The translations under genes and the position numbers were made by a program. Shown one piece after another: positions 1 to 10,712 of a stretch of 64,000 nt of DNA; within the stretch, counting starts at the first letter, position 1; every line of letters starts with the position of its first letter. This DNA comes from an uncultured Clostridia bacterium (GTDB lineage: Bacteria; Bacillota; Clostridia; TANB77; CAG-508). The stretch is taken from contig CAKPBB010000007.1 of the NCBI GenBank assembly GCA_934140005.1, positions 1,982-65,981 on the forward strand, read 5' to 3'. The notes beneath the pieces are model-generated. The model did no database searches. It saw only the letters and a list, made by a program, of their open reading frames with translations, and was not told the origin of the DNA.

Positions 1-446
1 ATTTTATCAGAATCTAAGGTATCTATATCTGAATATTTTCCAAATAGCTTTGAAGATTTATAGTTCAACTTCAAACTTGCATTTTTATCTGGTGTTTCTA
101 GCTTTATATTATCAATATATAATTTATTTACAGTATTTCGCTCTGTTAAATCTTGCTGTTTGCTTTTATTATCTATATAAATTGCTATATCTGTATATTG
201 TGAAATTGATAAGTTTTTCAAACTACTATCTTGGCTATTATCTTTTGCAGTTGCACTACTATACATCAAAATTTGATTTATTCTGAAATTTGAGCTTTGG
301 TTATCATTAAAATTAGCTACAACTTGCTCGGAAAATTCTTGTATTGCCTTATTCTTTTTTAAAATATAATAATAACACAAAATTACTAATATTATGATTG
401 CAATTATAATAACAGTTTTTACAATTTTTTTTATATTATTTTTCAC
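1..446 (-). CDS. Partial CDS (C-terminus off the left edge): N-terminally membrane-anchored hypothetical protein, last visible gene of the T4SS-like cluster
   Basis: Absent from the ORF track because it has no stop in the window. The reverse strand reads GAGGAGA (451-457), 4 nt, GTG (446), then VKNNIKKIVKTVIIIAIIILVILCYYYILKKNK..., open to position 1. A hydrophobic anchor follows the start directly. Confidence 0.5.
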   Translation of the reverse strand, partial: MKNNIKKIVKTVIIIAIIILVILCYYYILKKNKAIQEFSEQVVANFNDNQSSNFRINQILMYSSATAKDNSQDSSLKNLSISQYTDIAIYIDNKSKQQDLTERNTVNKLYIDNIKLETPDKNASLKLNYKSSKLFGKYSDIDTLDSDK

Positions 447-496
447 AATTTCTCCTCATTCATAAAACTTATTATTTAACAAAATTAAAATAAACT

Positions 497-1930
497 TTAT
501 GGTGCAATTTTATCATATAAACTTTTCATTGTATTATACACTTTTGTTGCCCAATCTGGATCACTTGCATATCTAACATTTACTCCTTTTGCTGTTGAAC
601 CATTGTAAAAACTACCAACTGCTACATCATCATCTGAAATACTCGTTCCTGCTGGATTCAAATAATATTTTGACAACATTTTAGTCACTGTATTTATTCC
701 ACTAGCATATCCATCAAAATTAACAGATGAATTATATGGATCTGAATCATAAGCACCATAGCCAAATAAATTATTCTTGTTTCGTGAAATAGTAGATGTC
801 CCCCATGCACTTTCATGAACACCAATAGCTGCAACAAATAAACCATTTACATTATATTTCTGTTCTGCATTATAAAAATTTTCTGCATTTTGTTCAAATA
901 TTTTATATGTATCTCTTGAATTATTAGAAAATATTTTTTTATAATCATCTAAAGTTAGTCCACTTTTTTGATTCATGCTCATATCTTCGTTTACATTTAC
1001 AATAATTTTTTGTTTTCTATTTTTTTCTACTATATCTGGTTCAATATTAGCAGATACAAAGTATTTCTTTTCTGCATATCCTACATAATCAAATATTTGT
1101 ACTTTGCACCAGTCTCCTTCTATATCAAGTAAACGTACATCATAATATTTTAAAATAATTCCTATTAGTTCTGAACTTGTATTCATTTCCTTATATAGAG
1201 ATGCATTTTCCTTTGCATATAAAGAATCTCCTATATGTATCTTTTGTTCTGCTAAATATTCATTAGTTCCTACATCAATTATTTGTGTTGTTGGCTCTTG
1301 AATAGTTTTTATACCAATTATTGTATCATTTACAATTTCTGAATTTGTTGAAGTTCTAATGAAAGAGACTTCTTCGATTCCTTGAACTCCCTCTCTACTA
1401 ACTTTTTGTTCGTCTTTTGGCAATTTTGAATTTTCAACATATTCTGTTTCAAAATCAATATTTCTTTGTGTTGTTAATAATTCTTTACTTTCAGTAGTAT
1501 TTATATTATCTATTAATATTTGTTGTATATTGATTATATTTTCATTTTTTTCAAAAGTTCCAATTATTTCTTTTTTCTTATTTTCATTATTACTTTCATC
1601 TTCTTTTGCAAATATATAATTACTTGAAAACATTGTAATACCAAGTAAAGCTACAACTGTTAACATTGCAATACTTAAAGGATCTCTGCCCTTAAATATT
1701 TCAATAACATTTATTTTTTGTTTAGGTATAGATTTATTTTTTTCTTTTAATTTTTTTCCAACACTTTTTTTATTGTGTGCTTTTTTTCCATTTTTTTCTT
1801 CTAATTGCTGTTTTATTTGAGCATCTCTACTTTTCTCTAACTCTTTAAACACATCTGGAAGGGATCTTAGTTGATTTTCTGAACTTCTTTCAGATTTTTG
1901 AATATTTTTCTTTTCATCTAAATTATTCAT
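497..1930 (-). CDS. Secreted or membrane-anchored peptidoglycan hydrolase: G5-like and SH3b-like segments plus a C-terminal N-acetylglucosaminidase (LytD/FlgJ-type) domain
   Basis: C-terminal GVHESAWGTS...NNLFGYGAYD...YASDPDWATKV matches the glucosaminidase signature. GDWCKVQIFDYVGYAEKKYF looks SH3b-like. The start was moved to ATG 1930 (MNNLDEKK), which is preceded by GGAGGGGG. Confidence 0.8.
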   Translation of the reverse strand: MNNLDEKKNIQKSERSSENQLRSLPDVFKELEKSRDAQIKQQLEEKNGKKAHNKKSVGKKLKEKNKSIPKQKINVIEIFKGRDPLSIAMLTVVALLGITMFSSNYIFAKEDESNNENKKKEIIGTFEKNENIINIQQILIDNINTTESKELLTTQRNIDFETEYVENSKLPKDEQKVSREGVQGIEEVSFIRTSTNSEIVNDTIIGIKTIQEPTTQIIDVGTNEYLAEQKIHIGDSLYAKENASLYKEMNTSSELIGIILKYYDVRLLDIEGDWCKVQIFDYVGYAEKKYFVSANIEPDIVEKNRKQKIIVNVNEDMSMNQKSGLTLDDYKKIFSNNSRDTYKIFEQNAENFYNAEQKYNVNGLFVAAIGVHESAWGTSTISRNKNNLFGYGAYDSDPYNSSVNFDGYASGINTVTKMLSKYYLNPAGTSISDDDVAVGSFYNGSTAKGVNVRYASDPDWATKVYNTMKSLYDKIAP

Positions 1931-2126
1931 TTTTCCCCCTCCTTCATTATATAGTTTCATTCTATTATACCATAATTATTTTATATCAATTAGTTATTTA
2001 TATCAATAGTAAATTTTAGATAATTTCGCAGCCTTTGTTCATGTGCAAAATTTATGTAATAACTTCTCTGTACATTTTTATCGAAAACTTTTATATAGTA
2101 TGCAATGTAAAGTACTTTCCTTGTAT

Positions 2127-2168
2127 AAAAAAACTGCCTATAAATTACTCATTTATAAGCAGTTTTTT
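2127..2168 (-). terminator. Rho-independent terminator after the 1382-aa hydrolase gene
   Basis: 17-bp stem (2129-2145 / 2151-2167, one mismatch) with a 5-nt loop and a flanking A/T run. Confidence 0.65.
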
Positions 2169-2179
2169 ACTATTTCATT

Positions 2180-5100
2180 TTAAGGATCTTCATTTTCATC
2201 TTCTGATTTCTCTGTATCACTTCCATCATCATTTTCTTCTTCGTTATCTTCATTTTCATCGGTTGATGTTGATGTTACAGAACTTTCAATTTCCAAATAA
2301 TCCTCTACATTTTCTAATATTGTATCTTTATTTGCTGTTCCATTTGCTCCATCTTCACTAGTTCTTAAGATTAATCTTATATAGTTTCCATTTGGTAAAT
2401 TATATTCTTTTCCATCGTCTGTTACATCTGTTTTCTTAGTCATCTTTGAAATACCAGGTCTTACTTTTGCATCATCTGGAAATTGATGAGAACCATTATC
2501 TCTTGATACAGAAGTTGGTGTTCCTTCATCTGTATATGTCTTTCCAAGAACTGTGCCTGCTTTTACAAAGAATTTACCATCAGATGTCTGGATATAAGGT
2601 TTTGCTTGTTCCATTACATCTTGTCGTTTTTCAAGTCGTTCTCTTGTATCTTTAGAAATTGACGAGTCATAAACCTCTCTTGTATAGAAATTTGCGATCT
2701 CTCCTGTCGAAGATTTATGTCCACTCTCATCTGTTACTTCTCCCATAAGAGCTTCATCATTAGTAAAGTTTAAGTTTTCGTCAACAATTCTAACGTCAAA
2801 GCCTTCTATATATAAAATGTAATCTGTTATTCCAGCCAAATTATAAGCTTCATAAAAATATTTATATCCTCTATAATCATCATTATCTGCATCAATATAA
2901 GCTTCTACATCAGATTTATTTATTGCTCTTATTTTAACGAATCCAACTTCTTCCTCAACTTGTGTTTCTATATTTTCTATTTTTGTTGTTCCAGCTTCAA
3001 TTATTTCACCTGTAATTGGTGATACAACATTTTCATATCCATCAAATCCAGTAAATTGTTTTGCAGCATTTTCAATTCTTATAATTTTTCCAGGAGCGTC
3101 TGGTGCATCAGCACCACTAGCAAATCCATTCCATCTAAATCCATTAATATATTTACTTTCCCAGTGCGTTGCTTTTCCGCAGTCATAAGTTATTATATCT
3201 CCATTTGGCGCAATTTCTTTTATTATTTGCATATGATGAACGTCACCACTTTCAGATACTCTAACCAGAATATCTCCCGCCTGTAACTTACTTCTACAAT
3301 CTTCATCATTACCAATTACTATTTCTTCCCAACCATATTTTGCATTCCAATCAGTATCTGTGAAAGTAGATGTACTTACAGTAGTACTTCCAAATTCATC
3401 ATATCCATACTCATATAAAACCCATGCAACATAACTACTACAATCAATTCTATTACTATCTTGGTATGGAGCTGGCTTTCCAGGAAATCTATATACATAA
3501 TCTCCTTTGTTTACAATATATTCCCAAACAGCTTTAGCTGTCTCTAAAAAAGTACCTCTTTGTAAACCAGAACCATTACCAGTACCATCAGCCGCATATA
3601 AGGCTTCCAATCCTGCTATCGGACTTATCAAATCTAAATTAATTACATTATCTTGGTCATTTTTCTCTGGTAATTTTTTATTATTTTCTTCAGCCAACTG
3701 TATTGTATCTGTTTTTCCAAAGATGTCTAAATCAAAATCTGGTGCAGTAGGTAAATCTCCATCTCCTGTATCAGAAATAATTGGTGTTAAAGCTTGATCT
3801 CTTTCTTTTAAGTTTACTAAATCTACTGTTGAATGAATTAATGTACCATATGTATCTGTACTTTTGTCAAATCTTTTTACTGGCCAGCCAGCTGAACCAG
3901 TTTCTGGTAATAGCCATTCACCAATATCTGTTGGTGCTTGTGTTAAATCTTCTTTATCAAAGTAGTTAAGCTCTACTATTAATTCTTTAAAATCTCTATA
4001 TATTGAATCAGAATCAAAAGTATTCATATTGGTTAGTATATTAAATGCTGTTAATGAATCTCTTGTTACTGAGAAATTTCCTATTAAGCTTGGATCTCTC
4101 TCGTCTTCTGGTGTGTTATCTTTTGACCTATCTGTATTTGCTTTATCTGCTGTAATTTTATCGGCTCTGTCTTTAGTACCATCATATTGATAATATTTAT
4201 TAGTTGAAAATATTTTTTTGATTGTTGCATTTGTTTCAGTTCTTTGAGCATCTTGTATTTGTGTTGGAATTTGTGACATATCAATACTCATCCACAAGTC
4301 TTCTAAATCACTTTTTAATAAATTCTTGCACATACTTTCAAGGTCTATTTCAATTCCTGCAGCATGTAATGCAGCTTGTACTAACTGAATAAATTCCTTT
4401 ATTGGCATCCATTCTGTTGGTGGTACAGTCAAATCATATGCACTCCAAAAGCCAGGATTAGTTAAATAATTTCCTTCTGCTTCTTCTGTAATAACTTTTG
4501 TTACAGCTTTTTTAGCAACTCTTATTCCTTCTTTTTCAGCATCTTCAGTTGTACCATTATATACTTCATCTGTTAAATTACCATCATTATCAAGTTTATA
4601 TAATGTATATTTAACATTTCCTTCGTCATCAACTGTGTTTTCATAATTTGTCCATCTTTCTTTTGTTAAAGTCTCATAATCATAATCATTGCTTACAACA
4701 GACATTAATAGTGGGGCTACAAAATAAACATCTCTAAACCAATGATCAGTTACTTTACTTATATATGGATAATAAGTTTTATTTTTTCCTAAAGATAATA
4801 TTTTCAAATCTGACATAGTATTGTCTATAAAGGTTTGACAATTACTACATACATCTGAAAATTCTTTTTCTCCTGATTGTATTTTTGGATCTTCTAATTC
4901 TGATACAGCTTTTTCTTTGCAACCACTTGTGCAATTGTTATTATCAAAAGTACTATTTATGAAATTTGCAGGTGTATAAGCAAGAACTGCACCATATCCC
5001 CCAGCCTCTTTATATTCTTTTAATTGTTTATAGGTTACGCAGTCATTTCCTAAAAGTATTAATTTCCTATTTTTAAAACCACCTATTATAGTGAATTCTG

Positions 5101-6328
5101 TCTCATGTAAAAGAACTACTACTTCTGTATCAAAGGACTTTGCCAAATCAATTGCTAAGTCCGGTGACATACTTGTCAAATGTACAGCTAATAAAAATTC
5201 TAAAGGTATCCCGTATCTAGCAGTCCATCCATCTAAGTTATAAGTAAAAGTTCCTACTGTTCCTGAAATATTTTTATCTCTTAATCCTAAATTAGAAAAT
5301 AATAATCCAAGGGCAGAATTATTATTATCTGTTTGCTCATTACTTGCTTTAGATGTAATTTTTAAAGTTTTAGTTTCTCCATCTATTTCAATGTCATATC
5401 TACTAAAAAAAGCATCTCTATATGGTTTACCAGTTAATCCAATTTTTCCTTCTCTCAATAAACTATCTTTTTCTTCATATAGTCCTAAAAGTCCACTACC
5501 CCACTTTTGTCTATCAAATATTCCAGATAGTAGTGTTCCTAATGAAGAAAATGCTTTTTTTACATTTTTATTAAAGTTTTTACAAGTATATACATAATTA
5601 TCTGAAATTAAATACGTTTTTAATATATCACTATCAATATTGGTTATCCCATCAGAAGTTCTTCCTATTCCATATTCATCTACATAAGCATTAGTTGCCA
5701 TATTCAAATATTTCTTATAATCAACATCATCTTCTTTATCTTCTGAATTCGAGTTAGAAGAATCACTATCTGAATCATTATCATTATTTTTAGTAAATTT
5801 GTCTTTTAATTCTTCAAAAAAATCTTTTGAATATGGTGAATTTACTTTTCCAGTTAAAAATCCATATTGATATAAATCATATCCCATACTTTCCAAATAA
5901 TCTGCAACATCTATAACATCCTGCATTTTTACAGTAGCTTTTTCTTCTCCTACAAAAAAAGCAGCTATTTTTTCGCCAAAGCTTTGTAGTATTGCATTTA
6001 GTTTTCCCATTAAAGCTCCTGGTAGTGTAAGTATAAACATTAGCAAACCAATGATTATAATAATAGCCACTATTACTAAAATAATAGGAACTAAATATGG
6101 CCCAATAATCTTTAGCACTGAAGAAATTACAGACATTCCCTTTGTATTACTCATTTTTTGCAAAATTTTCTGTTTTCTCATTTGTTGGTCTAAAAATTCT
6201 TTTGTTTTATTTTGAGCTATACTTGTATTTTGTTGTGTAGTTTCTTCTTCTTGATATTCATTTTGCTCAGATTCTTGTTCTACATTTTCTTCTGGTAATT
6301 CGTTATTTTCATCTTCTGAATAAAACAT
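2180..6328 (-). CDS. Giant (1382 aa) T4SS-associated cell-wall hydrolase paralog 1: acidic N-terminus, one TM, large unknown region, NlpC/P60-CHAP-like Cys peptidase, degenerate M23/LytM-like C-terminal domain
   Basis: IDCSSYVAWVLYEYGY ... GDILVR...HHMQII suggests a Cys/His NlpC/P60-like site. VVSPITGEIIEAGT...FVKAGTVLGKT...NYIRLILR is an M23-like beta scaffold with no obvious HxH. RBS AAGAGGA precedes the ATG. Confidence 0.7.
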   Translation of the reverse strand: MFYSEDENNELPEENVEQESEQNEYQEEETTQQNTSIAQNKTKEFLDQQMRKQKILQKMSNTKGMSVISSVLKIIGPYLVPIILVIVAIIIIIGLLMFILTLPGALMGKLNAILQSFGEKIAAFFVGEEKATVKMQDVIDVADYLESMGYDLYQYGFLTGKVNSPYSKDFFEELKDKFTKNNDNDSDSDSSNSNSEDKEDDVDYKKYLNMATNAYVDEYGIGRTSDGITNIDSDILKTYLISDNYVYTCKNFNKNVKKAFSSLGTLLSGIFDRQKWGSGLLGLYEEKDSLLREGKIGLTGKPYRDAFFSRYDIEIDGETKTLKITSKASNEQTDNNNSALGLLFSNLGLRDKNISGTVGTFTYNLDGWTARYGIPLEFLLAVHLTSMSPDLAIDLAKSFDTEVVVLLHETEFTIIGGFKNRKLILLGNDCVTYKQLKEYKEAGGYGAVLAYTPANFINSTFDNNNCTSGCKEKAVSELEDPKIQSGEKEFSDVCSNCQTFIDNTMSDLKILSLGKNKTYYPYISKVTDHWFRDVYFVAPLLMSVVSNDYDYETLTKERWTNYENTVDDEGNVKYTLYKLDNDGNLTDEVYNGTTEDAEKEGIRVAKKAVTKVITEEAEGNYLTNPGFWSAYDLTVPPTEWMPIKEFIQLVQAALHAAGIEIDLESMCKNLLKSDLEDLWMSIDMSQIPTQIQDAQRTETNATIKKIFSTNKYYQYDGTKDRADKITADKANTDRSKDNTPEDERDPSLIGNFSVTRDSLTAFNILTNMNTFDSDSIYRDFKELIVELNYFDKEDLTQAPTDIGEWLLPETGSAGWPVKRFDKSTDTYGTLIHSTVDLVNLKERDQALTPIISDTGDGDLPTAPDFDLDIFGKTDTIQLAEENNKKLPEKNDQDNVINLDLISPIAGLEALYAADGTGNGSGLQRGTFLETAKAVWEYIVNKGDYVYRFPGKPAPYQDSNRIDCSSYVAWVLYEYGYDEFGSTTVSTSTFTDTDWNAKYGWEEIVIGNDEDCRSKLQAGDILVRVSESGDVHHMQIIKEIAPNGDIITYDCGKATHWESKYINGFRWNGFASGADAPDAPGKIIRIENAAKQFTGFDGYENVVSPITGEIIEAGTTKIENIETQVEEEVGFVKIRAINKSDVEAYIDADNDDYRGYKYFYEAYNLAGITDYILYIEGFDVRIVDENLNFTNDEALMGEVTDESGHKSSTGEIANFYTREVYDSSISKDTRERLEKRQDVMEQAKPYIQTSDGKFFVKAGTVLGKTYTDEGTPTSVSRDNGSHQFPDDAKVRPGISKMTKKTDVTDDGKEYNLPNGNYIRLILRTSEDGANGTANKDTILENVEDYLEIESSVTSTSTDENEDNEEENDDGSDTEKSEDENEDP

Positions 6329-6437
6329 ATTAATCCTCTTTCGTTTTATTAATACAATTTTCTATCTTTTTTATCATTTTACATTATTTTTCAATATGTA
6401 GCAATAGAAATAGTTAACAAATTTATTTCTTTGCATA

Positions 6438-6486
6438 AAAAATAACCTACTCTATTAAATTTTATTTAACAAAATAGGTTATTTTT
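6438..6486 (-). terminator. Probable terminator after the 1398-aa hydrolase gene
   Basis: 12-bp perfect stem AAAAATAACCTA / TAGGTTATTTTT (6438-6449 / 6475-6486). The 25-nt loop is large, so confidence is moderate. Confidence 0.45.
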
Positions 6487-6492
6487 AATTAT

Positions 6493-9400
6493 TTAATTCT
6501 TGATTTGACTATCTAATAAATCTTCAACTGCATTTTCATCTTCCTCATTTGTATCTTCATCTTCATTTTCCTTGGTTTCATTTGAACTTGAAGCGGTTTC
6601 TATTTCTAAATAGTCTTCAACATTTTCTAATATAGTATCTTTATTAGCAGTTCCATTTGCTCCATCTTCACTAGTTCTTAAAATTAGTCTAATATAATTT
6701 CCGTTTGGTAAGTTATATGTTTGACCATCTTCTGATGTATCTGTTTTTTTCTCCATAGTTGCAATTCCAGGTCTTGCTTTTGCATCAGCTGGGAACTCTT
6801 GTGAATCTTCTTCTGTACTTGAAGTAGGTGTTCCTACATCTGTATATGTTTTTCCAAGAACTGTACCTGCTTTTACAAATATCTTTCCATCAGATGTCTG
6901 GATTACAGGAAGTGCTTGTTCCATCTTATCCTGTATTTCTTCTAGTCTTTCTCTTGTTGCTTTAGTTAATGTAGAATCATATATTTCTCTAGTATACATA
7001 TTTGCTATTTGACCTGTTGATGTTTCATTTCCATTTTCATCTGTTGTTTTACCCATAATAGCAGAATCGTTAAGTAAACTTAAATTTTGATCAACAATTC
7101 TTAAATCGAATCCTTCTATATATAAAATGTAATCTGTAATACCTGCTGTTTCATATTCTTCATAAAAATACTTATATCCTTCATAGTTTTCATCATTTTC
7201 ATTTATATAAGCTTCTACATCTGATTTATTTATTGCTCTTATTTTAATAAATCCAACATTTTCTTTTTGATTTGTTTCAATATTTTCAATCTCTGTTGTA
7301 CCAGCTTCAATAATTTCACCTGTTATTGGAGTTACAACATCTTCATAGCCATTGAAACCTGTAAATTTGTTTATCGAATCTTCAATTCTAATAATTTTTC
7401 CAGCACCATATAGTGTACCATTTATTTCACCAGTTCCTTTTGCAAATGCAGACCAGCTTGTATATCCATTTCTATATTGATTAGCCCAGTGAGTATCATT
7501 TCCACAATCATATGCAACTACATTACCATTTGGTGAAATTTCTTTTATAATTTGTATATGTCCATGTTTTTTATCTGCTGTTTGTCTTACTAATAAATCG
7601 CCTGGTTGTAACTTACTTGTACAATCTTCTCCTGCCTCAACATCTATTACTTCCCAACCATATTTTGCAGCCCAATCAGTACTAACATAAGTACCTGTAT
7701 AATATGTTGTTTGTCCAAATTCTTCGTATCCATATTCATATAAAACCCAAGAAACGTAGCTACTACAATCTATTACACTACTATTTTGATATGGAGCAGC
7801 TGTTCCTGGAGCGCCATAACTGTATTTCTTTGCATCAACAATATATTCCCAAACAGCTTGTGCTGTATCTAATAATGTATCTCTTTGTAGTCCTGATCCA
7901 CTACCATTTATATCTGCTGCATAAACTGCCTTAAGTCCAGCTACTGGACTTACTAAGTCCAAATTTATTACATTATCTTGCTCATTTTTTTCAGGTAATT
8001 TCTTTTCAACTGTAGTTGCAAATTCTAATACATTTGAATCTCCTGTTGTTCCATCTTCTACATCTGGGGCAGTTGGCTCATTACCATCTGTTTCGCCTGC
8101 TCCTATTATTGGATTTAATATATCATCTCTTTCTCTTAAGTTAGTTAAATCTGCTTTTGAATGAATTAGAGTTCCATAATAGTTTTCATTTTTGTCATAT
8201 TTTTTAATTGGCCAGCCAGCTGAACTTGTTTCCGGTAATAGCCATTCGCCAATAGAAGTTGGAATTTGTGTTAAATCTTCTTTATCAAAATAGTTAAGCT
8301 CTACTATTAATTCTTTAAAATCTCTATATATTGAATCAGAATCAAAAGTATTCATATTTGTTAATATATTAAATGCTGTTAATGAATCTCTTGTTACAGA
8401 AAAGCTTCCTATTAAATTTGGATTTCTCTTATCTTCTGCAGTATTATCTAATTTTCTATATCCTTCTGTAGCTTTCTTATCTTTTTCAATATCATCTGCT
8501 CTCTTTTGAGTTCCATCATACTGGTAATATTTATTAGTTGAAAAGATTTTCTTAATTGTTGAGTTGGTCTCAGTTCTTTGAGCATCTTGTATTTGTGTTG
8601 GAACCGCAGACATATCAATACACATCCATAAATCTTCCAAATCACTATTTAAAAGATCCTCACACATTTGCTCTAAATTAACATTTATACCTGCTGCTTC
8701 TAATGCTGCTTGTGCTAATTCAATAAATGCTTTTAATGACATCCATTCTGTCTCTGGTGTTTCAACATCATATGCTGACCACATATTTTCGCCAAAAATT
8801 GCTGCATTTGATACACCTTCTGCTTCGTCTTCAATACTTTTTGTAATAGCTTTTTTAGCAACTTTTATACCTTCTTTTTCAGCATCTTCAGTTGTACCAT
8901 TATATACTTCGTTAGTTAGTTCACCATCATCATTTAACTTATATAGTTTATATGTTCCATCATCATTCATTTCATAAGATGTCCAACGCTCTTTTGTACG
9001 CAATTCATAATCATAATCATTACTTACTACTTTCGTCTTATTGGGAGCTACAAAATAAACATCTCTAAACCAATGTTCTGTTACTTTACTAATGTATGGA
9101 TAGAAAGTCTCATTTTTTCCTAGTGATAGCACTCGTAAATCCGAAATTGTATTATCTATAAAAGTTTTACATTCACTGCAAACATCTGAAAATTCCTTTT
9201 CACCTGATTGAACTTTTGGATCTTTTGCTTCATCAATTGCTTTTTGTTTACATCCACTTCCACAGTCACTTGATTTGAATGAGCTTGGTGTATAAGCAAG
9301 AACAGCTCCATATCCACCATTTTCTTTATATTGTTTCAATTTATCATAGGTTACCCTATCTCCACTACTAGTTAATGAATTTTCAGCCTTCAAAAATCCA

Positions 9401-10689
9401 CCTTTAATTGAATATTCTACTTTATGTAGTAAAACAACAACTTCTGTATCAAAAGAAGTAGCTAAATCTAGAGCTAAATCTGGTGACATACTTGTTAAGT
9501 GAACTGCTAGTAGGAATTCTAATGGTATACCATATCTTGCTGTCCAACCATCTAAACTATATGTAAATGTTCCTATAGTTTTCTTATCTGAGGCTATTTT
9601 ATCTAAAATTCCACTTTGCGTAAACAACAATCCAAATGCTGAGTTATTATCATCTTCTTGAGTATTACTTTTCTTTGAAGTAATTGATAAAGTTTTATTT
9701 TCTGCATCAATTGTAATATCATATCTACTTCGAACACCATTTCTATAAGCATTACCTTGTTGTCCAATTTTTCCTTCTTTTTGTAGACTTACATCTTCTT
9801 CATAAATACCTATCAGTCCTGAACCATAGTCATTAGTTGTAATTTTTCCTAATGATATTAAATGTTTAACAGTAGACCATAAAGAACCAATAAAATTGCT
9901 CATACTTGCAAATACATTTTTTAAGTTTGGATTGAAATTTCTGCAACAATAAACATAATTATCTGATAATAAATAAGCTCTTATCGTTTCACTGTCAATA
10001 TTTGTAATGCCTTCAGATACTCTTCCAATTCCATTGTTATCAATATATGCTTCATTTGCAAGCATCTTTTGAAGCTTCTTTTCTTCAGCTTCTGTTAGAC
10101 CAGTTGTTGCCGTTCCGTCTGAATTGTCAGCACTATCACTTTTAATTTTTTCTAATTCTCGTTGATATTTATTGCTTTTAGCCGCATTAACTTTTCCAGT
10201 TAAAAATCCATATTCATATAAGTCATATCCCATACTTTCTATGTAATCTGCAACATCTATTATATCTTTATCTTGTATATTAAATTCTTCAGTTCCTTCT
10301 ACCATAGAAGCCAAATTTTTAAATATCTCTGCTAATTCGTTTCCAACACCTTTCATTATTGAATTTAGTTTTCCCATCAATACACCTGGCATTGTTAAAA
10401 CAAACATTATCAAACCAATTATAATAATAACTGCTACAATAAATAAAATGATTATCCATAATTTTGGCACTATTATTTTTAATAAAGATGACACAACTGA
10501 CATTGCTTTTGTATTACTCATTTTTTGCAATACTTTTTGACTTCTTAATTTTTGATTAACAAAATTTTTTACATTTTCCTCAGCCGTATTCGTTGTTTCA
10601 CTACTAGTATTTTCTTCTTGAGTCTCAGTTGTTCCATTTTCTACTTCTTCGTTTTCATCATCTGTTTCATTCTCATCTAAATAAAACAA
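6493..10689 (-). CDS. Giant (1398 aa) T4SS-associated cell-wall hydrolase paralog 2, with the same architecture as 2180-6328
   Basis: Collinear with the neighbouring paralog over its full length (MFY.. N-terminus, same TM, IDCSSYVSWVLYEYGY, VVTPITGEIIEAGT). The TTG start is supported by AAGAGGTGA upstream and by the paralog's MFY start. Confidence 0.7.
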   Translation of the reverse strand: MFYLDENETDDENEEVENGTTETQEENTSSETTNTAEENVKNFVNQKLRSQKVLQKMSNTKAMSVVSSLLKIIVPKLWIIILFIVAVIIIIGLIMFVLTMPGVLMGKLNSIMKGVGNELAEIFKNLASMVEGTEEFNIQDKDIIDVADYIESMGYDLYEYGFLTGKVNAAKSNKYQRELEKIKSDSADNSDGTATTGLTEAEEKKLQKMLANEAYIDNNGIGRVSEGITNIDSETIRAYLLSDNYVYCCRNFNPNLKNVFASMSNFIGSLWSTVKHLISLGKITTNDYGSGLIGIYEEDVSLQKEGKIGQQGNAYRNGVRSRYDITIDAENKTLSITSKKSNTQEDDNNSAFGLLFTQSGILDKIASDKKTIGTFTYSLDGWTARYGIPLEFLLAVHLTSMSPDLALDLATSFDTEVVVLLHKVEYSIKGGFLKAENSLTSSGDRVTYDKLKQYKENGGYGAVLAYTPSSFKSSDCGSGCKQKAIDEAKDPKVQSGEKEFSDVCSECKTFIDNTISDLRVLSLGKNETFYPYISKVTEHWFRDVYFVAPNKTKVVSNDYDYELRTKERWTSYEMNDDGTYKLYKLNDDGELTNEVYNGTTEDAEKEGIKVAKKAITKSIEDEAEGVSNAAIFGENMWSAYDVETPETEWMSLKAFIELAQAALEAAGINVNLEQMCEDLLNSDLEDLWMCIDMSAVPTQIQDAQRTETNSTIKKIFSTNKYYQYDGTQKRADDIEKDKKATEGYRKLDNTAEDKRNPNLIGSFSVTRDSLTAFNILTNMNTFDSDSIYRDFKELIVELNYFDKEDLTQIPTSIGEWLLPETSSAGWPIKKYDKNENYYGTLIHSKADLTNLRERDDILNPIIGAGETDGNEPTAPDVEDGTTGDSNVLEFATTVEKKLPEKNEQDNVINLDLVSPVAGLKAVYAADINGSGSGLQRDTLLDTAQAVWEYIVDAKKYSYGAPGTAAPYQNSSVIDCSSYVSWVLYEYGYEEFGQTTYYTGTYVSTDWAAKYGWEVIDVEAGEDCTSKLQPGDLLVRQTADKKHGHIQIIKEISPNGNVVAYDCGNDTHWANQYRNGYTSWSAFAKGTGEINGTLYGAGKIIRIEDSINKFTGFNGYEDVVTPITGEIIEAGTTEIENIETNQKENVGFIKIRAINKSDVEAYINENDENYEGYKYFYEEYETAGITDYILYIEGFDLRIVDQNLSLLNDSAIMGKTTDENGNETSTGQIANMYTREIYDSTLTKATRERLEEIQDKMEQALPVIQTSDGKIFVKAGTVLGKTYTDVGTPTSSTEEDSQEFPADAKARPGIATMEKKTDTSEDGQTYNLPNGNYIRLILRTSEDGANGTANKDTILENVEDYLEIETASSSNETKENEDEDTNEEDENAVEDLLDSQIKN

Positions 10690-10712
10690 TCTATCACCTC
10701 TTTTGCTACAAA

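Noticed and set aside
50-286. Plus-strand 78-aa ORF from the supplied track
   Set aside because: The composition is low-complexity Tyr/Leu-rich and there is no RBS. The opposite strand carries a better-supported gene (GTG 446 with GAGGAGA RBS, TM anchor) open to the window edge.
2180-3100. Active M23/LytM metallopeptidase at the C-termini of the giant hydrolases
   Set aside because: The beta-scaffold motifs are present, but I could not find the HxxxD and HxH zinc ligands; the position of HLHFE reads YIRLILR. I therefore call it degenerate or non-catalytic pending structural analysis.
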